Shown here piece by piece: positions 27,101-39,100 of a DNA stretch of 64,000 bases (positions are counted from its first letter, which is position 1; each line of letters begins with the position of its first letter). The stretch lies in assembly GCA_964035545.1 (NCBI GenBank), contig OZ037767.1:26800628-26864627 (forward strand). The letters run 5' to 3'. Origin of the DNA: Bugula neritina. Lineage: Eukaryota > Animalia > Bryozoa. Both the position numbers and the translations under genes were made by a program. The notes under the pieces were generated by a model. It saw only the letters and a program-made list of their open reading frames with translations, searched no databases and had not been told where the DNA came from.

Positions 27101-30100
27101 TTTTCTACTGCTCTCTTTCACCTTGAAATATACGGTCTATAATAACTATACTATACTATATGCTTTACTATACTATACTATACTATGTTATATATATCTA
27201 GCTGTGTTGTTGTGTACTGTGTACTATGTTAATGGATGTATGCTTTGATGGTCCAGTTTATTCAGTTTGAATGTTTTAGACTATGGAGTCACTACCTGCT
27301 GATGTCATCAGTCATGTGAGTCACAATAATCAGCCATGGAGTGTAGACGCTCTGTGTAGGACACCGTCCCTTGCAATGGCTGACATCTTGGTTCAATGTA
27401 TCAATATGGCTACCTCAACGTTAGTAACTCCTCTATCCTTCTCGAATAAAGTTGTTATTAGTGTTTGCTCTATTTATTATGCTTTCTTTTGTTGCACAAA
27501 ACTACAGAACTTCATTTGGTATAATTGTACACATTTTTTATTCTTGTAAGAAAAAACAGTTTGCAATTTAATTTGTTACAGTACCAGAGACAATTGGTAT
27601 TAGTTTGGAAATATGGTGAGATGGTGTTTAACTTTTAGCTCAACTTTAAATTTAACTAATTTTTCAGTCTTATGCTGTTGCTGAACTTGCTAAAACATAC
27701 AGAGCTAATTAGCTAATGTTTACTAGATCCTCCCAATACTGAGTTTCTTATACATTTTGATGTAGAATTATGGCTAAGAATACCAAAGATGGGGCGGATA
27801 TTCTGAATGCTGGACTTAGACTGCTGATGGAGAAACTTAGTCTTACTCAACTTCTACATTATGTACCTGTTGTTGTACAGTTTCTCAGTGACAACTTCTC
27901 AAGTAGATATCAAGGCTTGCTTATGGAACTTGTGTCGTCCGCAAGATCTCTGCTACAGTTTATCAACCAATTATATGCAGGTTCGTTGGCGTCTGCATTG
28001 AATGCTATGTTTTAATTGGCTGTAATATGCTCACTGCTTGCGTAATAAGTTCAAATATTAAATATTCTAGAAAATTCACTCCACCACCTGGCTGATATGC
28101 CTATTGACTTGAGGTGGATGCAGGAACTTTGGAGTAAACTGCCACTGCTTGTTCAGCACACTTTGAGTTGTCTGCTCAATGTCTGGAGTATTCTAATGCA
28201 TGTTCTGCAGACGTTGGGTGATTTGAAATATTTGCCTGTGAACAGCTGGTTCAACATCTCCAGTCTTGTAGATAAAGGTTCGTACTGCTTCATCATCCAA
28301 TCAATATGCCTCTTACATTCAACGGCCATTTATAATAACATGATGATATAATGAAAACTGTGTTTGACTTGTATAAAGGTTTATTTTGCTCTTAAGTTAG
28401 CAACTAATAGCATAATTTAATTTGTCAAACAAACAACAGTGTGGCAGCTGCAGTTCTAAAAGTGTTTCAATTATATTGTTGATGCAATTTTACCTATATT
28501 CCGGATGCAGACCCTTAAGTAGAATTATGATGTTATAAGATATGATAAATTGTAATTACTACTCTGATATAGGTCAGCGTGACAGAAAGCACCTGCCACA
28601 TAAGGTCGCTCTCTACTACCCTAAGCTGGCAAAGAACTTCCTTGAACTTGTCGAAAGAGTGGGGAATTCAGCTGACACCTGCCAGCAGGTGGAAGATCAG
28701 CAATTCAAACAGGTCAATATTTTACTGTTGTTCAGTTATACAGATACAGAAACAATAATAGTATTGAATATGATAAAAAAATAATACTTGATGCATAGCA
28801 TTTTTATTGCGTAACATTACATGAAATTTTAATTGGTAGAAAATTATTTAAAGTTTGTTAAGTTTAACTTAATATGAATTGAAATAGTCACTATATATAG
28901 CTTTATTTGAATAAATTCCAAATGTCAACATATTTACTTTATTCCATAAACAAAGCATGTTTACATTACATATATTTAACTTATTTATATTACAGATACA
29001 CTACTAATATATATTACAAACACACTACTAATATATATATATTACAGATACACTGCTAATATGTATAACATATACACTACTAATATGTATAACATATACA
29101 CTACTAATATATATTACAGATACACTACTAATATGTATTACATATACACTACTAATATATATTACATATACATTATTAATATGTATTACAGATCCTCCAC
29201 GCATGTGAACTTGTGAGAAGATTTCTCAGCTGTAGCTGTTTGGTTAGCTCCACTCTCTGCTGGTCTTGGTTGAAACCTGCTCTCTCTCAACTCCCACCTG
29301 GTTTGAGGTGAATTCTTCTCTTACCGAGTCTTATACTCACTAATCTGTTTATTTTATGACAATTAATAATTGTAATTTAGGTTACTGTTAAATGACTACT
29401 AGATAGCCCACCCCCTCTCACAACTCTCAGGTGGTCTTTGTCAAGTAAAAGTTGTGTAATCCTATCTTTTGACTCATTGAACCTGGCTGCAAATTTTAGC
29501 TCTCACAGTCAAACAATGGCTAACTGACTGGGTATAATTTTAGCGCTGAGGAGTTGTCTTCTACTGTCGCTCACATTGATAAGTTGCTGAAGGAGCATAA
29601 TCTCGAGTCACATTTGTTTAATCTCATCTGGAAAAGCTTTCCTCACCATCAGCCAATAGACTGCCAGGTTCCTCGGAATCAACCAATCAGCAATGAAACT
29701 GAGCAGCCAATCGTTTGCCATCTGAATAAAAGTCAACTTGCAGTAATTCTGCAGAAGACACTCGACAGTTTCTCTGTGTATAATAAGGTAAGCAGCTAAA
29801 TGTTTATATATGTTTGCAAGCTTGTTGTTTATTTCATGCTTCTTTGCTTATGTCATCTTTGTGTCATGTGACTTCCTGTGTTGCAGCCGTCGGTGACTGA
29901 CTCGAGTAAGGAGAAGAATATCTTGCCATATTTGGACATGCAGAAGACAGTCTCGGTTCTAGTCAGAGCTTCCTCTTTTCTGTATTACGGAGTTGAAGGT
30001 TAGCATGGCATTTCCTAGTTGTACACATAGTACTGGTGTTGCCTAGTTACACACAGTATGTAATTATATATACATTGTCTAGCAAGATATCTTAGTGTTA

Positions 30101-33100
30101 TACTTTATAGTCCTGTCCTTAGGTGACATCAATTCATCTCTTTTATTTGAAGCAGACGTTAATCTACCTGAACTGATGATGGAGTTATCTTCTTTAACCT
30201 CTGTTGATGAGAAATCTTCTACCACTAAACCATATGCAGCCAGTTTGTGGCCACTTCAGGAGTTCTGGCTACTGAGAGCCGTTCTTCTGTATCTGTCAGC
30301 TGACACACCCTCAGAGCACCTGCAACACCTGTCATCCTACACTACATGCCCCGGCCTACTACGGCTGTCACTTAGTCTGTCTCTTCTTCATCAACACCAG
30401 GTATTCAGTGCTTGTTAGCAATGTAGCAGTAAATAATGTATCACAGTCTGCTTTATCTAGAAAGGTCATGGCACACAAAGTTTAGTTTATTTCAATATAA
30501 TTATTATTGTAATGCCATTCTCAGCTGATTGTTATTATATTTCAAGAGAACGTTTGTGATATTCATTTTCAGTATTCAGTTTTATTCAAGCATTCAATCT
30601 ATTTCTATCAGAATATAGTGGTATAAAAAATCTTCCAAGTAAGTATTTACTGTGCAAGTTTTGGTCACGTATGTTTTGGTCACGTAAATTTTGGTCATGT
30701 ACGTTTTAGTCATGCAATGAACATTTTGTAGAATTCTGATGCGTCACTACTAAATATGATGAGTCAATGGTTTAGCTTCATGACCAAGGCGTCTCCTTTC
30801 AGACTAGGGGAACCGTTAGTTCAGTCCCTGTGTCTCACCTCTCAGGTAATTTTCCTCTTTATTGCAAGCTAGAAACGTATATAAACAGAATCTAGTCTTT
30901 TAATAAGTCAGATTTAATTTTAATGAGTCAGATTTGAGTTCAGATGTCAATTGCTAGACTCGTTTCCTTGTGTTAGACGGGCCCCTCTTTCGACTCCTCC
31001 TCCATGTTTCTCATCATATCACGATTGCTGGCCGATCCTCTTGGCCCAAGTTCTCAGCCAACACCCGATACTGCAGACGGTACACACCCCACCTCCGTCA
31101 CCCCACCCGTGTCTCTTGGAAAGTACAAACTCAAGCTAAATCAACTCAACGATGTCTGCAGGGAATTGTGGGATAAAGCTATTCTGTTGAACTGCGAGAC
31201 AGTCTGGTTTGTAATTCTTTGGTTTTACCTTCAGCTGTTATTCTGTTGTATTTTTGGTAAGAATATACTGAGCAGTTTGTATCTCCATAGCTATGGCGCT
31301 ACATATTTAGCTGTACTTTTAAATGTTGCACTTGAAACTAACATTACAATAATGTCACTATATGAGAGGACAAATTGTTGTTGTAATATGCAATTAGAAA
31401 GTTACTGTGTTACAATTTTGTTTTCAACATGCATAATATGACAATTTTTATAGTGCTGATGAAAGAGCCTTTCAATGTCACTACAATAGCCTCATTCTAG
31501 ACAGCACTTGGGTTCCCGAGGGCTTGAGAAGTCACCCCACAGTGCTCCCTGTAATCAACCAATTGATGGCTCACAAGCTAGATAATGGTTTGTATGAAAT
31601 ATTTCTCCTCCCCAGCATAAGAATTGCATAATATGCATATATGATGTTGAGAATAGATTTCTTTCATTGTTGAAAGCAAAGTTGGTTTTGGTTTAATAAA
31701 GCTGTGTATGCAAGTGACAGATAACTCCTGTGTCTGTATATATTTACTCTATACCAGTTACAGTGACGGATGCAGTAACTTGTCAACATTGTGTCAGTCG
31801 TGTAACTTTGGCTTTGGATGGGTCAACATAGAATCTGAAAATTTGCTCTTGTACAATCTATCACGGTTGTTGATGATTATAACCCACAGTGTATGCTTAT
31901 TCTCTGTAGCTGCTGATTGGACGGAGGTCAAGGTTGCTGAGCAGTGGGTGTGGCTCGGGTTGCTCCAAGCACTGGCCACCGCACCTCGAGGTTTGCTTGA
32001 CCCGGTTGTGAAACAGGCCACCGAGCTTGACTTTGCCAGTGAAGAGGTATTTATTAGAGCTTATTGAGATGTATTGCAAATTGAGTATACAATAATCCTA
32101 TCGCCAACTCAGAAATGTTTATATATGCAGTATTTGATTTTATATTTCCTGTGTCAAGACTGCTTTGTTCTTTGCTGGCGTATTCTACTGTCCTTCACCT
32201 TCCAATTGATTGTATTTACATGTTAGATGGGTCGTCTCGATAGAGAGATGCAATTGAGAGATGCTGTAGTCATGGCTGAATGTGGACAGAGGTTGTCTCC
32301 ACACTGGTCTCATCCACACTACGCATACGTACAGTGTAGGCTGCAAAACCTAACTCAAGCATGTGCTGAGTTGGCCGAGGGCTCTGTGCAACGTCCCCAC
32401 AATGAACAGGTATAATGTAGTGCTTATGTAGTGATGCTGCTCATTGTTTTGATGCTTTTGAATTTCATTGGACGTCTGAATTTCTCTTCCTATTCTGAGC
32501 GAGCATTCTGTGACTGCTTCCTCTGTTTTGTGATTGGCTGCCGTGCTGATCTTTTTTGAGCACAATTAGGGATTACATGATGAATCATATGACAATCGTG
32601 TCCTAGTTTAGAAATTTAAATTACTAACAACTTAGTGTTCTAAAGCGCGTTTTGTCAGATAAGGTTCTTGTATCATTCACTATTATTTTTATTACACGAT
32701 TCTTTTACAAAAATCTGTACAAAGTTGCTTTTTCCCTTGTAGTTCCAAGCTATAGTAGCAGACGTGAAAAAGCTGCTATCCAACACTCTAAATTACGAGA
32801 ACCTGCTGTCGGTGGTCACTGGGCTACAGGATTCTCATAACCGCAACGCTGTCGCTAGGGAGCAGCTCGTCAATGCCTCATTGGAGAGTTACATATCCAA
32901 CATGGAGAGTTGCTACCCCCTGTATATAGATGTGTGTCAGCCACATGTCAATGCTCTTCATATGGTCAGTGCAGCGACTTTGTTTATTAGTGTTGCTATG
33001 GTGATATACTTCATGTCTCCAAGATATGTAGTTATTCATTTTATTATCTAAAATATTATAATTACTTTCCTCTTCGGTGTTCAAATATATATTCTATTTG

Positions 33101-36100
33101 TAGATAATCTACGGATTAAAACGCCTCACATTCCTGCGAGCCAGCAGAACCCCTGTACCCCTAACAAATAACCTATCCACCCCTGCTCAACTATTCAACT
33201 CACTGCAAGACTCCAACTCCGGAGTTCAACTTATACAGGAAGCATGCGAAGCAACCAGCCTAGACTCGTCTCGAGTCTCAGCTCTGTGGTACGTTATGTG
33301 TCGAGTTTAGTGAGTGCTTAGTTTAGTGATGTATGTAATAGTGAGTGTTTAGTGTTTATTATACAGCGTCCTCTAGTGGTGTGTCTATTGCAGTTGTCAG
33401 TATCTTCGTCTGCACACGCTTAGTCTGAGAAATGAGGCGCACAGCTCTACTCGACTAGACAGAGAGTTGATGTCCAAGTTATGCACCTTGATGAAACAGT
33501 ACGTGGCCATGTGGCAGTCTGACAATGCTAGGAAAGCCGAAAAGGAGGCTGAGGCTACTTCCCTCTATTCCTTCAAACAACATGGTGAGGAACCTGAGAC
33601 GGATGAGGAGTTGATAGAGAAACTGACCAAGCAAAGCTTTCCTAGCTTTCACCAGGTAATAAGATTGCATCACTATGCTTTAAGGTACAATGCTGCATAT
33701 TTTGTTTTTAACAATCATTTGTTTTGTCTTCCAATACCGTAAATATTATTTGGTAAGAAAAGTGTCAAATGTTAAACATGTTAACTTGGCACTGGTGCCA
33801 GTCACAAAAATGACTCATCAACACAAGTAACTGGAATGTATAGTCTGTAATTAACTCCCTAGAACACATGACATGTCTTCACTAGTGTACATGGGTCGTC
33901 TGGTTATAAATAATACTTTTAAAATTCAAAATACTTTAAGATAGTTTAAATTTTTTTTAGAAAAATAATTTAATAAACTGTGGTACAGCTATCTCAAAAT
34001 TTCTGAAACTTTTACTCTGGCTCTCTGTGTGTTGCAAGTGTGCTTATACAACTAATTACACTAATAGTATGTCATATTTCTTGCAGGAGTTTTCTGATCT
34101 TGTACAGGCTGACACTCTCGGAGATTCTGTTGAACCGGAGGCTAAAGTTGATGATTCACAGGCTACTTCTCTCTCTATCACTGAACAGGCACGTGGAGTA
34201 ATTCTAGTTGCACTAGTAGTTGAAGTAGTTCTACTAGTAGTTGTACTCGTAGTTGTACTTGTAGTTAAAGTAGTACTAGTAGTTGAAGTCCTTGTACTCA
34301 TAGTTGTGCTTGTAGTTGAAGTAGTAGTTGAAGAACTTGTACTAGTAGCCAAAGTAGTTATACTAGTAGTTGAAGTACTAGTAGCAGCAGCAGCAGCAGC
34401 AGCAGTAGTTGAACTAGTAACACAAGACTGATAGCAGTTATGGAGCTAAAGGTTGTAGTTGTGTATTGTTGAGGATAGAAACAGTAGCAGTGACTTGCAG
34501 CCACAGTTTGTGGCAGTTTATTGTATGTAACCAGTCAGTTACTCTTTCAGGATATGGAGAGCATCAGCCAGCTGCACTGCAGCGTGATGCTGTCATTGGC
34601 TAACACTGACTGGTACAAAGGTGAAGGTCACTACTCTCTAAATACGGACAGAAAGAACACACACGCCATTCTACTCAACTTACTACATGAAATTATATCT
34701 TTCAATAATGGTATGCATTGCTATGAGCAGTTTATATCAAGTCCATTATATAGCTGAAGTCTATTTTTATGTTATATTATAACATTATGCCTGCTGTACA
34801 ATATATGTGTATATTAATGGCATTGAGGGGCTTTAGGGAACCATAGGTTGGACAACTCCTTGTCCGAGAAGTTGTCTCATCTTCATATCATATCCGCTGG
34901 TACCCTGAGTGCTGAATGTCAAGGGAGACTTATCTCTCAGTCAGACTCCGGAGATGTTGGCCAATCAGGATACGATATATATCAAGATGAGAATGTGGCG
35001 CAGGCAGTCAGGTCGGTTGAATATACAGCTCTGATTTGACAACTACAGTTCTGTTAGTACGAATTTATCAACATGATTACAAATTTATATGGTGTTGTTA
35101 GATTTAATCAACCTGGTTTTATTCACAACACAGCGTTACCTTGAGTCATGTGATGAAATATAAATTATTTATGTATTTGGTCGTGTAATGTTATTGAGTT
35201 ACTGAATCGCTGTTTGGTTGTAGAGCAGTAACGAATAATTAAGGTGATTAATTAAAGCTGAATTGATGAATTTTGCTTGCAAAATGAAATAATTGAAATT
35301 CTGTTCAAATGTACACACAGTGCAATATTTCTTTTTCAATTTTTAGATGCATGGAGCCTCTAACTGTTGTTAGAGCTAGAATCCAGGAGCTGCTTTCTGA
35401 TTGGCCGGAACATCCTCTTTTAACCCAGGTACTGATGCACTGCAGTGTGGTTTTTCTAGAGTAGCTGCTAAAGTCTTATCATAATCCAAAAAAAAAAACA
35501 TTAGCACCAAATTGGTGAAATAAATTATGGTATTTGTGAGGAAATAATATTCAATTTGTATAAGCTTACTTGTTTGTACTAAGTTATTGCTATCCATTTG
35601 TTATCCATAATAAGTTTTATAGTGTTTCGAGTTTAGACATTACAAGAACTTATGACTGGGGGAGGGGCATATTACTTTCATTGCATAACGTTGGTCTCTT
35701 CGCTTAGCCGAGAGTACAGTTACTGTGTTGATATTCTGTACGAAGTCTTATGGTATACATCACTACGTCATTCTGGTCTGTCAGTGTATCACCCTTGTGT
35801 TTTGTTGTTAGTCGGTTTCACTCCACATTTCTGTTTGCACATAGATTGTGAGCATCGTAGAGCGAGTGGAGTCCTTCCTGGTGACAGACCCTCTTATGAA
35901 GATCACGTCGGGTCTGGAGCTGATCCTGGAGAAGCTGCAGGAATGGGAAACCAACGCTGCCAAATACGTCTCAGTGCAGTCAGTGATGAACAGCGTGAGT
36001 CAGCTGATTATTGAGTGGAGGAAACTGGAGTTAGATGGATGGAAGAACTCACTGGATAATGTGTTCAATAAGATCAGGAAGAAGTCTACCAAGTATTGGT

Positions 36101-39100
36101 GAGTAGATATAAAGATATCGTATCTATAGACTCAGATGGGATTATTATGTATCAGTTTACAGTTGCATATAGCCATGTTTTCTAGTATGATCTCGTGTAT
36201 TGTGGCATAAGAGGTTATTCCAAGCAAAGTATTAAAAGTATTGGATAAAAATTTAATGTGAATTTATTAATCCAATTCATAAATGGTCTAACAAGTTTGT
36301 GAAGTCTGTTTTTGAATTTATTATGATTTTAAATATATTTATAAGCTACCAAATTTCAGTTGAAAAAATTTGCCTGTACATGCGTGTTGATATTTTGGTG
36401 TGCAGGTTCCACTTGTGCTCTACACTCTTGCCGGCCCTGGAGAAAGATGGTGAAGTGGACTCTTTGTCAGTTCGTGACGTGCTCAGTTCTCTTATCAACT
36501 TTATGGAGTCGGCTTCTCTTGGAGATTTTTGCTACAGATTACACCTGCTCAAAGCTTTCACTGTTCATGTTGGAGTTTTCAGTCTTTCACAGGACAGTAC
36601 GTCTGCTAACTAGCATAATATTATAGTCAAATTAGCACCGTTTACTATTCACATTACAAATGAAATGTGGTGTATTTGCTTTTGAATTCAATAAGCAATG
36701 AGATTTCTTTCAGCAATACTATTGTGACTGAATAACCCGCATAACATTAAATATCATAATTGAGCTTAAAACATGCCAGACAAGTGCATTAATTTGCCAT
36801 GCCTTCTCCTTAACTCACATGTTATACAGTCGGCTTTTCAAAGTATAGTTATACATTTATTTTGATATTTTACATTCAGATGGCATGTTGAAATTCTGTG
36901 CAAGGTGTCTTATTCCAGCAGCTGAAGGCTTCCTTTTTGTCTCTAAAAAGATATTTTAGATTCCAATGGGAACAGAAAATATTTTTTATTGACATTTTTT
37001 AGTCATTATGAAAGTATTGAGATTGCCATGAAGCAAACTCTGTCAATCTATTCCCATGTTATATGCTCAAGATTGTACTCATTCAACTTTTTTTTTAAAT
37101 AATTAACATTGCTTTGCATTGTTACAGGTCAGCTACTGAACAGTATGTATTGTATTTGGAAGTTCTACGTTCAATTCGAGGCGACTGTAGCAGATCATAT
37201 CAAGATAAAAAGATCCGCTATCGAAAAGGAACTGAAAAACTTTGTCAAGATATCCAGATGGCATGATATGAACTTCTGGTCGGTTCGTGCCAGCGCTGAT
37301 AAGGCTCATAAAACTATAGCTAAACAGATGAAAACTTATCATGTGAGTGTAGCTCTAGATTCTAGAAAGTAGCAATGTGTTGCTTATGAGTGTCAATGTT
37401 CTATGTACCGTATATATACATGTATAAATGATGCATTATATTAATATATATGATGCACTGTATGCATATATACGATGTGTATGTCAGAACGAGCATTGCT
37501 TTAAACTCATCTCATTTCCAACTTTTGAAGTTACCATGAAATAATCTTTTTCCTAAAATATATTCATTTATTTCCTGGCAACTATCGTGTACATATTTCG
37601 TCTCAGCTATATCTATATTTTTCAAGGTATTTATTCTATAGTAGCTCTCCATCTATTTTATAGAACTATCAATCTTTTTGAAGGTAGCTATATCCTCAAT
37701 TATTGTTATGGGTCACTCATTTGTGTATCTGGTAAAGCTTTATGCTATTTATTGAATTTTATCAGCTACACAAATCTTTTCACTCATTATTTCTCCACAC
37801 TGGTGCATTGTGTAAGTGGAGTATATAGTTTTATGTGTAAGTGAAGTATTTGATCTATTCTGTTTCACAGGACATCCTCATATCGGCAGCGAGTAAACTG
37901 TTTACCGAAGACGTAAGTCAGCTTCCCACAGTTACTGAAATAGAAAGTGAGGAAGGTGACACTGAGCTGAGTGGAGTCAGTACTACTGTGGATGCTGCCA
38001 CTAGCACTGCTGCCAATACCTCTACTAGCTACTCACCAGTTCTTATAGATAGTACCGACTCACTGCAATGTCTCCCAAGACTCACTCATCTGATCACCAA
38101 GTTTCGCGCTGCCTCTGACATCATCATCTCCAAACTCGATGACTTTTCTGGAGCGAGCCAGTCTGTAGATAATTTCACAAGTATGTCAGCTCTATCACAC
38201 CAGTATTGCTTTGCAATAAAAGACATTTCCGGTTAACACAATAAGGTTTATATTGCCTACTTTCAGAGTTCAGATAGTAGAAAGCAGTTCATAGTTCTAG
38301 TTACAGCCATCATTGGTGCTGCTGACTACAGTAATATAAACCATCATATAGTTCAGTGTTTCTAAGTTTTTTTCTATTTAAGACACAAACTTGGTCTACC
38401 TATACTTTTCTTTTTCTTGCTGCCATTACTAATAATGCCATTGTATGTTGTCTTTTGATTCAATATTTGTGTAACCTCTCTTTATCTAAACCAACTTTCC
38501 AAAAGCTTACAAATTTATAAAATCATGGAGAGGGTTGGTGTTATTGGATATCTGTGTAACATATGGGGCTGTCTGTTGCAGGGGAGATAATTATTGGGGT
38601 AAATGAGCTGCAAGGTTTGGCTATCATTTCCGGAGAAGACAAGGAAAAGCAAAAGAGGCAGGCAAGAAACATTGATATGAAAAAACGAAACTCCTTATCC
38701 CTGCTGCTAAAGACTCTACATAGAATAGGTATGTATGACACTTTATATATTTGATGGTAGCTAGTATATCTGCTACAGGCCCTATATAGAATAGGTATGT
38801 ATTTTCTCTCGTTATTTGTATAAACTGGATATATAGTTCCTGTATATCTAAACATAAGGTGACCACATGTAACGATTGATGTCAGTGACACTGGCATTGA
38901 GAAGCAAAATATATTGACGTCTACTGATGACATCACTTGACAGTGGTTGCCAGCTAGTGACATCACCTAGTAGTGCTAGCTAGTGACATCACCTGCTAGT
39001 GCTAGCTAGTGACATCACCTAGTAGTGCTGGCTAGTGACATCACCTGCTAGTGCTAGCTAGTGACATCACCTGCTAGTGCTAGCTAGTGACATCACCTAG

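Noticed and set aside
32425-32500. Possible intronic C/D snoRNA (U14-like TTGGACGTCTGA); similar box C/D pairs near 4346, 35147 and 43139
   Set aside because: Imperfect boxes, mismatched rRNA complementarity, and no U14 domain A or convincing terminal stems. An Infernal/Rfam scan would be needed.
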